Below are positions 13,770 to 26,400 of a stretch of DNA of 64,000 bases, piece by piece (positions within the stretch are counted from its first letter, which is position 1; each line of letters opens with the position of its first letter). A model generated the notes under the pieces. The model was given only the letters and a program-made list of their open reading frames with translations, was not told the DNA's origin and ran no database searches. The position numbers and the translations under genes are program-made. The stretch lies in contig OZ004615.1 in NCBI GenBank assembly GCA_963924565.1, forward strand, positions 17,298,001 through 17,362,000, read 5' to 3'. Source of the DNA: Ascidiella aspersa. Its lineage: Eukaryota.

Positions 13770-16700
13770 CACATGATGTCATCGGTAAAATGATAGGTTA
13801 GCCTTGAAGCTTTGCGGTTCTCAAACTCCAAAACTGCGCTTCAATGCTGTCTGAGACTTAACCAAATCCCACTCATTGTTGGTCACTGGGGCGCAGCTAA
13901 ACCTAAACTAAAAATAACTTAATGTAAGCGTAATGTAGCATTCTGACGCGGTGTTGCATGCAATGAGCTGAGCTTGACTAGTTCGTTTGGCTATGTATCG
14001 ACATTAACAAATCGAACTCTAATGAAAACTCAAGCACGCAACCATTTGTAAATTGCAAATATTGTTCTCAGTACCGGTAGCTTGCTCTACCCGATTAAAA
14101 CGTGGTACACATTAGTCGATCCCCGAATCCATAGAGTATTACTCAGAAACTAGCATTACTATGTGTAGAAAAAAAATCAACAGACGTTAGGATTTTCTTC
14201 CATTCTAACTTTGGTATGCTGAAAGCCTATCGGTCGGCATTAATTTATTATGTGCGACACCGGGTGCCAATTACCTTCGAAATTAAAATACCTGATGAAG
14301 TTCTTTCAGATTTAAATTTTTTTACCGAAAATGATTCGGGGTGTTTGTGCTTAAATCATAAGCATTTGAAAACCCCTTTCGCTTGAACTGGTGAAATACG
14401 GTAGTAACAGTAAACCTAAAACATTATGTCTTGTTAATATGTAAATATTGTTGGTTCGGATTTGTGTATTTGAATGCTGCATAAAGAAACAAGAATATAC
14501 AAATAACTATAATTGGTAGAAAAAGTATTAAAGCTTCATAATGTTAGCCTGTCGCTTAAGTACATTTCGAACTAACCGATTGGACCAAAAAAGCGTTGAC
14601 AAGTCCCCAAAACAGTATATCTAGCCGTTGAGTGACGCTAGAGGATTGAAACTTGCGAGTCTTTCGCACATGTTGCGTGAGGGATAAACAGATGGTAATA
14701 TAGAACACTGATCTCACTATTCTACTTTTGCTGTACATACATAAGCGATGCAGATTAGGCCACTTACTATTTATTTCCCTGGACAAAAAACATGAAATGT
14801 GGTGCTGATGCGCCAAACTGTTTAACATTATTCTAAACAACAAAACGTTAAATCCTACACTTTTTGGGGTGAAACGTTTAACTGAAATGATAATTGCACA
14901 GTTAAGAGTGTTCATCGGTTTAAATATTTCGCCTCACAGACAATCATCGTTGCACAAAATGTTATTGCAAACATGCTATTTAAAGGTTGTTGAGTTTTGT
15001 ACTTTTTCTAGCCATTTTTGTCACACTCTTGTCTTAATGTGTACAACAATAAAATCAGTTATTACCTATAAACAAATTAGTTTTACAATTTTCTAATCAT
15101 GTTTAGATGTATAACCATATTATGAATAAAACTAATAAATATATTGCAACCAATATCAAAACATTTTCGAAAACTAGCATCATCGATCGATGCTAACTAA
15201 CGCACAAGTTCGAAACACTAAATATAATTTTTTCTTTACATCCCTTACACTGAAACAACCTTCCCTATGATATTTTATAGTTCAAAAGATTTTTGTAACA
15301 TAATTAACCGATGGCCAAGCACTACGCATTTCGTTCACGATGAGATAACTTCACAGCGTCTAAATAAACATTTGAAACCACGAAAATAGGTAACGTTTTA
15401 AGAATATCTCAAGGCTACCCTGAGATGGCGCTATTGAGCTTCGAGTAATTGAGGATTAAATTTATGCGCTCTGGTGCATGTGAAACTCTAAGTCATTAAA
15501 ATATAAGCAACACTTTTAAACATGTATAACTTTTTGTGTAAAGAGATTTTGGATATAAAGTTCTATATGTTAGACAGGGATGGGCAACCAACGGCCCAAC
15601 GACCGGATCCATACACTCAACGAAATCATTCGGCCCGAGGCAATTCTTAAAACTATAGACACAAGGTAATGGTGCATATATTCTAAATATATCATCAAAC
15701 AAGTTTTTTCGCACTCTGTGCGGATCTCATTTTACTTTCGGGATGTTTGTAGAAATCTTCTCAGCCCAAAGGCGCCATCCCATAGTGTGGTACTCTCAAC
15801 AATGAAAGTTAAGTCCAGGTAGTCTATAATAATCTGTATAAAATGTTTTTTCTTGCGCTTTGCGTGAATATTCAAATATGACATTGCATCAAGTATATAT
15901 CGACCCTTTACAAATCACACTTTAAAACAGATAAACATTTAAATTTATGACGCTTTTCGCAAGTATTCATGTTACCGTCTTTGCTTTGTGACCATAGATC
16001 CTCGTGGATTCAAACTTTTTCAAACAGGCAATTTTTGCGAAAATTAAAGCTTTTATGTAATTTAACGTATTTATGATATGACCACTGTAACGTAAGAAAC
16101 GCCACAAGAACTTTAAGAAGATAAACACTGTGTTTTTGTGCTTTAACCACTTTTTAGGATTTATGTGAAGCAATAAATTTGTCAATTAAACTCACAAATT
16201 TTAGTTTCATTAAATGCATTTTTTTCACGTTTTTCCTCCGCTTTACTTATAATTGACTTTTTTGAATTTCATAAAATCCTAGTGGTCACTGTTAAGGCGT
16301 ACCATATCATATTTCAACCATACGTTTTGACAACAAAATTGTTACTACCTCCGAGAGTTTGGCTTTAACCTTCTACTCAAAAAAGGTTGCGGCTGTGCTA
16401 GAGGTTGTAAAATGCGATATAATGACTATTTCCACTTACTTGATTAAAATATATTGGCTACAAGGGTTCGCCCTGCAATTCCCTATAACTCGCCGCTTAT
16501 ATTTCACCAATAAGCATAGGCAGTTAACAGTGAGAATCTCCCAACTTGATATTTGATGTATTTCGATTTCTAGAATAAAAGGAATCGGAATTAGCAGTAA
16601 AGGAAATCTGTTAAAAAAAATACGGCGTCCACTAGGTAAAACTATACCTCTTCTATGAAATGTTTGTGTGCATTTTTAAGGTGTCGTTCCTTCGGTAACC

Positions 16701-17970
16701 GATTTTCTAGCCTTGCTCCTTTTCTCAAAAATCTCCGAAATATTCTCATTTCTCGAAAATATATAGAAATAGTCACGTTATAGGTTCACAACCGCGTAAT
16801 AGCTTTCTTCGACAACCGGAGATTTATAACGGCGAATAGCCTAATTTTAAACTTGCTCCGTAACTGATTAAAAAAATAACACACTTTTTTTGGTGAAATT
16901 CGGGAAATTGTTTTTATCCATTAAAAACAGTTTTTAAAATAATAAGAAAACTGTTACATACTTATTAACAGATTGTTTGTATTTTATCTAAGAAATCGTT
17001 TTTGACATATAGACAATAGTCACACCCACACATCAAAATGTGGCTATGAACAGTTAACATGGTCGTTCGTTGTTCATGACACTCGAGTTTCACTTAAGCA
17101 AAAGACTTCGGTAAGCATCGAAAAAAACGCTTTCTTCTGAAACATTTACACGCATTCTATAAATAGGTCAGTGATTGCTCTTTTTCCGACATCCTTGCAC
17201 TCTTTACAGCTGCGGTCGGTTCAGTGAACTGGCAACTTAGGGCCGACCCGAAGCGTTTCGTGTTTTCGACAGATGTAATCGGGATATTCGAATACGCGTA
17301 TATGGGCATTGCCTTTACGCGCTTGCCACTTGTAGCACGAACGTTCAAAAATAGTGTCGGGAGTTTCTGTTTACCGATGATTTTTTCGCGAAAAAACGGG
17401 CGATTGTTACGTGAGAATTTCTCGTCCGCCCAATTAAAAGACGTAGCAGCGAATTACTTCCACATATCGGGGCATTCCATTGACGATTTGTTACCCCACA
17501 GGAAAATAACAGACGCACTCACGCAGCAACCTCGCGGTCAATAATTTAAATGCAACTTCACTAGCATTTTGTTTCTTGAACGGAATAAATTTAATGTGGT
17601 CATACCAGACTGATAAGATTTCACAGCACACTGAAAACACATTGTTTATTGATGAAACCGTATAAAAAATATGTATGGTCGCCCGGGCACACGCGTTGAC
17701 TTAACACGAAAATAAATACAATATAAAAAAGAAAAGTAAACGAAATACAAACAAAGAAAAAGAACTGTCTCTATTTTAAACAGGCGCAACCAAGCCGGTT
17801 AATGAATAAAGTTGAGCGTTGTTTTTATCCGGTATATTTTTAATAGGGACTGTTTTAAACCGAATGAATAATACTTATTTTAGCTTTTTAAGTTTATCAC
17901 CTAAATCATCAAAAGGCAGAATTTGCAAAATATTTATGTTCATAATTATAGTTAACCGCAACATTTACAA

Positions 17971-17974
<4 letters not shown>

Positions 17975-18006
<32 letters not shown>
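17975..18006. repeat. (TA)n microsatellite
   Basis: About 16 uninterrupted TA units. Confidence 0.9.
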
Positions 18007-18012
<6 letters not shown>

Positions 18013-18774
18013 GTTATTTGAAGTATGTAAAATCAAATTTAGTTGCTTGAATTCAAAATTTAAGCTTACATGCCAGTTGTGCAAATTGAACTTGCATTTT
18101 GAGATAAAAGTGGCTAAATATATTTCCTACCGCTGTTTATAAGCATTAAAAGACAAATAAAATAAAACAGTTTTAGACCCATTTAGTCTGCTATTTGGTA
18201 CAAAAAACAAATACATCATAAATAGTACAAAAAATATATTTAAAAAGAAAAAGGCAGACTTTTGAAAACAATCCCTTTAAAAAACTTGCAACGAATCACA
18301 TTGGCATTAAAATGGCTTTTTATTGTAACTTGTCGGTAGTTTCACCAGGAACTTTAACATAAGCATGGCTATTTTGGGGTGTTTTAGGAAACCCTAGGGC
18401 ATTACAAACTGGCATAGCTTCATTTAAATAGAATTCTTAAGTTAACACTATCAAAGTGTATCGTTAAAACACCGATGCTTAAATCGTTACGGTTTATTGA
18501 ATTTATAAGATACATAATTAAAGCCAAATACAACCGACAGTAACTATTTTAAACGAAGCAGGAAAAAGACAAACTAAATAATTTCGCGGATACAACCAAA
18601 ATGTTGTAGTCATAACTCCAATTGCGAATTCAGGCATCTTTGGGAGCATGTTACGTTGCACCTTTCTTTTCGACTCTTGCTTTGATGAAACATTCCTGTT
18701 CACGTTTTCGTCTTATCGTATAAAAGAACGCCACAAACGTGCAGAATGTAGCACTTAACTCAAAGTTGGTTGTT

Positions 18775-21700
18775 TCATCTTCGCGTGAGATTGCGTATAG
18801 TTCGCATCTGAAAGTAAAATAAATTTTATTTGGAGAAAGTACAGCAAAAATTTAAAGACACATTGTGAAAGAAAGACGTAAAAATACAAGATTTTCACGT
18901 AAAAAAGGTTTGCAAATTTATTTTTTAACTTAGAAACAAAACTACTTTTAGATAAACTTCATCTTAAAACAGCGCCCGTAAATGTTCCTTTTCGCATTTT
19001 ATCGTGTAATTTGTTTATCTTCCTAATCTATATTTTTTATATATTGTAGTGGTAATACTACGGCATTTTATGTTGGTTAGTTTGAAACAAATGTGTTTGA
19101 AACTTCAAAGTAAATAGCAAAAATATATCAGTGCAATTTTGGTCACCAATTTTCATTGAAGGATGGTTCCTCTCCAAATTTTAACGAGTCGGGCACCATT
19201 ACAATCTTATGACAGGAACAAATCCCTCAGATCAAAGTTAACAACATTTTGCACACCAGGGCGTCTCAGGCTGCATGGGGTTGGTTACCATTTAAGCCAT
19301 TGTTATATCGTGCGGCATTTACTCAAGGCAAACGCCAACGCAAACGTGCCAATCCTTTCGGCGTCGACGTTTTCTTAGCAACGTGAACGCAGGAATTTCT
19401 AACAATTGCAAACCGGGCTAAGTCCATGTATTTCCAGGCCGGAACCGAGAAACACCTGGCTGAGGTAAGTCATTAAAGAAAGTCTCAGCGGATATTGAAA
19501 GACCGGGCGGCAAAGTTTGCGTAGCCTAAGAATGGGTTTGCCGATAGCTGAATACGTGGTGGACCTCCTTACTTACTCCAAAGTCCGTCTCAAACAATGG
19601 AATGAACCTTGATCAATTTGGGTTAAAGGCGAATGAATTGAGTTAAACGAACGGTCATGCTTTACTATGTGCGCTGTGGTTCGTCAAAACAAGACCAACG
19701 CAAAAGTTATGCGTGAATTTTTAGACCTCTGTCCGACACTGCTCCCTCGAAACTTCAAACTCAAATAACACAGTTTTGTTTACACTTGTCGCCCCTTAAG
19801 TACACAGGGCCACTCGCAAATGTGTACTAAATAGAAATTAGGTATTGGTGCTTTAGCGTACGTCAGAATAGACGCAAAACGTTATAACAAAGTCTGTCAC
19901 CTTCCGTCAAATTTTTAACGCTTATCTTTTTATAATGTTTCAAGTAAACAATGATCTATACAAAACTTGATTTTTTCGCTTGTGTTGTGAATGGTCAAAA
20001 TCAACGCGTTTAGTCGCCTGACCTTTTTTCTTGCCCTACGTTCCTAAGAGGGGCGGTAGGCAGCTAAAATTAGAGTTTTTTGTTCTCGTGCATGTAACAG
20101 CGCAAACCATGTCGTCGGAAATGTGCTAAAGCGCCTACAGCTTTTAAGTTATATCTACACAAGTACACGCTTTCGCACAATACAAGTCATTTCTCAATGT
20201 TTTACATTTTGAACACGTTTGTTTGAAGTTCCTTATTCTGGTCAGTGTACTGGGAAATACGCGGGCTTTTGATCAATTGTAAAAAATAATGTGCGAATCA
20301 ATATCGTGACTGCGCCAGGTCAATCGTTTTCGACAAATCGTTTTTGTTTAGTTTGTTTCTTGTTTACCATAAGTAAAACGAAATGACGTGGAACAGCTCG
20401 TAATATCACGAAATGGTCCGTAGTTATCTCTTACTAATTTATTTTCGGAAACTCGTGTCACGTAAGACGTGCTTAACCTGTGAAAACGTAATTACTTCGC
20501 TTTCGGAGAGTATATTTTTGGGGAACCTAACTTTTAATTATTCGTTTTACGTTTTTATCTTTTTTGTCAGGTTGCGTGATTTACGTTATTATTCCATTCA
20601 GTACTGATTTTAAATCATAATTTAACACTTCTGACACAAAGGCTGCTACTTCTTGCTTACCTGTTGTGAAGATAGTTCAATCGGCCGAGGAAACACCGTC
20701 CACGTGACATCATCGCACGGTGGTGACGTCATGGTTCCATTGTAACGCACGGCCAATTCCATGATGTGCTCAGGCGAATAGCCTCGTTGACTTGAATCGG
20801 AAATCAACCTACAAGAAAAGGTTTATTGAGTTGTAAGTTTAAAACAAAACCTTTAGTGGATGGTAAAGAACACTGGGTGGGTGGCAAAGACACTATTTAA
20901 CAATCAGTTTTGTACCGAAATCTGGAACGTGGTTAACTGTAAAGTTTTGCGAGATCTTAAAACTATTAGGAGGATATTTTTTTTAACAAAGAAATTCCAA
21001 AATATTTTGCTTCTTGTTTACTTACACTAAAAATGAAACAGTACTGGTACACTATAGTTAGCAAAACAAAGCACAACATGGTAAATACTTGTATAGATCT
21101 TGCTTTGATTCGGTTTTGTGTCTGCTCGGATTCCTCCGCACTCTACCTCGTCGGTTTGGCATAAAAGAAAGGTCTGATATCAAGCCATGCCACCTCTTGT
21201 TTTTAATCATCGACCGTTCCTGAGTAAAAACAGTATTAGAATTTTTCGTGCATTATCTCAAAACACGACGTCTGGGAAAGTCGGTGAAAAAAAATTGGCT
21301 GCAATTAGTCACGTTTTGAGTGCGATTAGTCATATATTTAAACAACTTCATAATATTTTCTTCCTAATGACGTTTCAAACTCTAGAAGAAAATCTAAATT
21401 AACCAACATAAATGTCAGACTTCCATCTAGAAAAGTACTATTGAGTCACCCATTTGGTTTCCTTGTAAACATCAGTGGCCAGTTGTTTCTAATTCAGGGG
21501 AAAAACACGGTGAATCTGCTAAGTAAGCTTTTTGAGTGTTGAGAGTTCTTACACTATGCGGTTATAAATATCACTTTTGTAAAGGTGTATAATTTAATTT
21601 TGTGCCATTCGTTTCTAGAAAAAAAGGGGGTTTAAAATCCACCACGAGTTTGATTAACTCTGGTTTAAATATTTCTACCATCATCTCAATAATAAGTAGT

Positions 21701-24039
21701 GACTATTTTTTAGTAATTGTTGACCAATATTGACACAAAATGGATGCCAAGTTACCTTAATAAGGAAAGCCATTGCGTAGGAGCGACTCTCGCCATGAAG
21801 GTGTTGATGGAATATTTGCATCTAAAATGACAAATAATGTTGTTAGTTAAAATAAAAAAGCTAGGGTGCCTGTAAGAAATGAACCGCGTGAATGCGTTCT
21901 TCTCGAACGCCTCTAATAGCATCGATGACGAGTCAAAAGACAGGATAAACGTAACCTACAGTTTGTTAACCTCAGAAATCTGTTGTCTTAGCAACACTCA
22001 CCGAAAACATTTGACGCACTGCGAATCGAAGTCTTGGTCGAAAGTCCAAAGTTAAAGAATGGCGTCTACGTCAACAATTACAAGCGTTTACTTTTGTGTG
22101 GTTTAGTTTAATGTGGCCAACCAAGCCCAATCAAAGTACGCTCTGGTTATATTTGCTGTATTCTATTCCATTTTTCTTTTTCTTTCACCTTTAAACTAGT
22201 ATATCAAGGGAGCTTTCTCTACAATTTTTTGGTGATTAATTTGTATGCGTTTTGAGTACATAAGGTTACCACTAATTTTAAATTTCTTTCTTAATTTGTT
22301 TTTTTAACAGAAAATACAGTTTTTCGATGTATTACACGTTTTCAAGAGGTAAATGTATCTTGCAATATATCCCAAACGTGATTATTATATATCGTTCTTT
22401 TACCTACTTTAGTGTATTTTCGAGGATTTGATTTAATTATATACACTTTTCGGCAATTATACCTTAAGAGAAAATTTAAATGAATGCCATGTATGTTTAG
22501 CTTTTAAAAGTTGTTACCAATGCTGTTAAATATACTTGTTCCCCATTAACCCAAACATCGTTTTAAATATGATTTTGCTATTTTTTTCCTATTATTTTAC
22601 TTATTTATATTAAAATAATGCATGATGCAGATGACAAGATTCATTGTAAAACAGGGCGATACGAAGTTATAGCTTTTCATGATAAATGCCAGCCAATATT
22701 GAATTCGATGCATGTAGGTTTTAACGATTTACTGGCTGTATAATATACCCTATAGGCCTATATCTTAGTAGGAATGGCGACTTTGAGCCTGAACAACATT
22801 GGCAATAAAATAAAATAAATAACACGATTTTTTTAACGCCTTAATTTATTTGAATTGATTTCTTCCTTTGTTTCGATGCTACACGGTTGTGCGAGAATTT
22901 TTCAATGTTACTAATATTTTACAATTATTTTACGATTTCTGTTAGCAGTGCACAATATTTAAAGTATTTTTAATTAAACAAGTAAGGCTACGAACTAAGA
23001 TTCAAAAATGCGCGTAAAATTGCTCAGTAATGAGTACACGACCTATTTCTTACCTCTCCGGCATATTTTCTACCGTTGATTGTGTGGTCCGACCCAGAAT
23101 CTTTCTTGTGGCCCCATTTGATGTGAACACTTGTAACGTTTATATCCCTGCTTCCGCCAAATTCCGTGGCTATTGTGGTGTACACGCTAGTCATTACCGG
23201 GACCATTTTAACTAAAAAAATAAATGACATTATAGTAGGCGGTGCGAACTGTCTGTGCTCAACGATAACCGATGTTGCCGTGTTTACCGATTTTTTATGA
23301 GCAATTCATAAACAACTTTGTTTTACCTTCAAATGACACTTATAAAACCTATGAATTCTTTGACTGAATCCTCAACGGATAAAAATTAAAAATAGTGTAA
23401 AAACGTTACCATATTTAAATAATCCTACTAATAATAATCAAAAAGGTAATATAAACCAACCAATATTGTTTGTGATCTTAATGTTCCATTGATGCGTTCC
23501 TCTCCACATATTTTCCATGGGGAAATTGCCGAGGTGCTCTTCACTGTTGCCAGGCGTCACATTCATATAAGTAATGTCGCATTTCTTTTTTGATCGCCGA
23601 TGTCGTATCACTGGAAAGAAATTTTAATTATAAGTAAAACAACCAAGAAAAACACAAGACTTTTCTGAAATGGATAATCGAAGCGTTTTGATATTTTACA
23701 TATAAAGTGAAAAAGCTTTTCTTACGAAATACCAAAAGATATAATCGCAATGAAAAATCCATCGACAATCAAATATGGCGGTAAAAATATTATATTAAAA
23801 AGATTTGCCAAAGTTTTTCTGTAAAACCTATAAGGTTTGAAATAGGTTCAAAGTTGTATCGTAGCACACGTAAGCCAATGCGCAGTAGCTCTTACTCCTA
23901 ATCTCAACATGTCAGACGCCTAATCAGAAACGTTGCCTTTATTACCTTGTCCGAGTTTTGGGCTAAGACGCTCCAGAGAAACGCTTACGCCACTGCAGCT
24001 CGTTAGAACGGCGAGGAAAAGTAACGAAAGTGCGACCAT
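18775..24039 (-). CDS. Secreted alpha-carbonic-anhydrase-related protein, probably catalytically inactive, ~259 aa
   Basis: Phase-consistent exons 23946-24039 (signal MVALSLLFLAVLTSCSG), 23461-23610, 23054-23211, 21756-21821, 21089-21219, 20661-20808 and 18775-18807 total 780 nt. alpha-CA motifs: SVHIKWG...GSDHTINGRKYAGEMQIFH, RYNGTMTSPPC..VTWTVF..PIELSSQQ. Confidence 0.85.
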
Positions 24040-26378
24040 TGTGTTTCCGTTGAGGTTCTGCTAACAACGCCAAATCCTATTCTGTTTATATACGGCCGGG
24101 ATGAAATTCTCATTACGCTCACACTTTTTCGTTTCTTTCACCGCTCGACGTTTCAGATTGGGCGCACGGCAGCTATGTGCAAAAAAAACAAATATGACCC
24201 CAAAGGTCACGAGTGTGTTATCTTTTATGTTTGACCGAATCATCATTGGCCTGTGAAAATGCCAAGCGGATTCTCGTTAGAAAAGAGTCCATAGGTTAAT
24301 TAATTCTAAATACCATCAAGGTCTTTTTAAGATTCTTTCATCAAGTTTGAAGTTTTGAAATAACTCATTAACGCAAAACAACGCAGCGCCGCCCTTTGCC
24401 GCAGCCGATTTGTCCCAATAAATCAAACAGTTTTAAGGTCATGCAACTTTGTAAGTTTAAAAATTTTGATTTTCGCCAAACAACTAAACATTTTAAGTGT
24501 TTTTAGTAACAACTATAAACAGTGACACGGCTCCCGGGTTATTAGTCGAAATCAATATCGAACAAATTTATTTTGAAACGGTGTGCTTCACAACTTATTC
24601 GCCATCAACTGTACAATGAATTAAATAAATTGTTTTGTATAAAATTTCTACCCCAAAATCGATAACTAATTTTTAGAAGTTATGAGAAATATACTTATAT
24701 CACTTATTTGGGGTCTGAAAAAACAGTGACTTGTCAAACGGGTCTTTGATGCGCTAAATTATCTACAATCGACATCTTTAATCAGCATGAACTTTGCCAG
24801 TGGTTTTAAAACACGTAAATAGATGTGCGCCTTTCAAGGCTTTTCTATTGAATACGGTCAATCAGACAGCATTTCCTTGCAAAATGTAAATATGGCGTTT
24901 CTATAACGTCGGCCTTTTAAAAAACGTGGTTTAAAAATAAAGTTCTCGGAATTTTAAGAATATCATATCAGTGTTCCTTTCACACAATCGTCAAAATGCT
25001 TACAAGATAATTTTGATCAAAACCAATCATAACCATAATTATTTTAAGTTCTACTTATAAATTGCAGAATTAAAGTTGTTATAGTATACAGGGCTATCGC
25101 CATAACGTTAACAGAACAAAATGTTCAAATGATTTCTGTAAAAATTGACGTTGGTTGGTAGAAAATCATTCCTTAAATTTTCCAACATTATCGTGTGCTC
25201 ACAGGAAATTCAATACGTTTTTTTTTTTTAAATTACAGATTAAAAGGTCAAATATTATTTTTTGAAATCTCTTTTAAAAGAATCAGATTCCTAAACAACT
25301 TATAGATAAATCATAGTTCGCGGCATTTTTTCATCTTTGAATTCGCGTTGTTATTTCGTAAAATTTTTGTGAAACTGTAAGCCACGGCAACAGATGTTTA
25401 AATTTGTTGGGATGCGTACTGAGTTTTGAACATTACAGAATTCAGGTCGTATTATTTTATGTTGACTAAATCCAACAAAAATGTAATCTGTGAACGACAA
25501 TTTCACATTAGCCGGAGTACATAACAAGTCGTTATTACAAACACGCCCCAAGTCATGTCTGGTATTTGAGACCGCACATAGTCATCGTGTTAAAGTCACG
25601 TTTAGAGTTTACAAAATATCATACTGTAAATCAGGATTAAAATGTTGCTCACTTGCGCCTCCCAACGCTAACAAATCTGAAACACGTCAGAAACCGGATA
25701 AAAATGGGAAACATACCATTTCTTGCTTTTAAATGGTGTTTAACGCTCGTACTAGCATACGCCGCGAAGATGTTAAAATTATATATAGGCTACTAGGTAG
25801 CAAGGGTGAAAGTTGAATAATTTGCCTACCCGAGGCTTTAAAAATTTTCAAATAGTTTCACAAAGTTACGTCACAACGGGACGTATAAATCATGCATTAA
25901 AACTTAAAAAATCTGTGGTTGTCGTCCAATGGCGTGCACAAATAGGCATGTAAAACTTAGTTCGAATAGCCTACATTCAAGGCCACCGAGGATGGCCTGG
26001 TGAAACAGGATATGGCCTGGCAAAAAATATTTTTTTACCGTTACGGTATCTACAAAAAGTGTTTTCCTGGAACGCCATTCTGGACCGTTCAGGCTTGCTT
26101 TCACAACTCCTAGGACCAGGTAGTAATCAAGTGAGTCAATTTTTGTGAAACATTAAATACTTTCTCGTTCGACGTTCGTCAGCTTGGATAGCACAATAAA
26201 CATTTTTTTTTCTTTATAAATCAAATCAGAATCGCCACAAATTGCAAAAAAACGTAAAAAGGTTGACTTTTTCTTACCCCATATTGTACAAATGCCACCA
26301 TGGAAAAATTTCGATAAAACCACTTGCTCTGGTCTCATTGGATTTGCTGGAAATAAGTCTTGCGCGAGACTAATTTAT

Positions 26379-26387
26379 TCTTTTTCC
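26379..26387 (+). promoter_or_regulatory. TCT / 5'-TOP-like polypyrimidine initiator of RPL18
   Basis: TCTTTTTCC ends 13 nt upstream of the ATG-only first coding exon, as is typical of ribosomal protein genes. Confidence 0.6.
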
Positions 26388-26400
26388 ACGGCGTGAAAAC

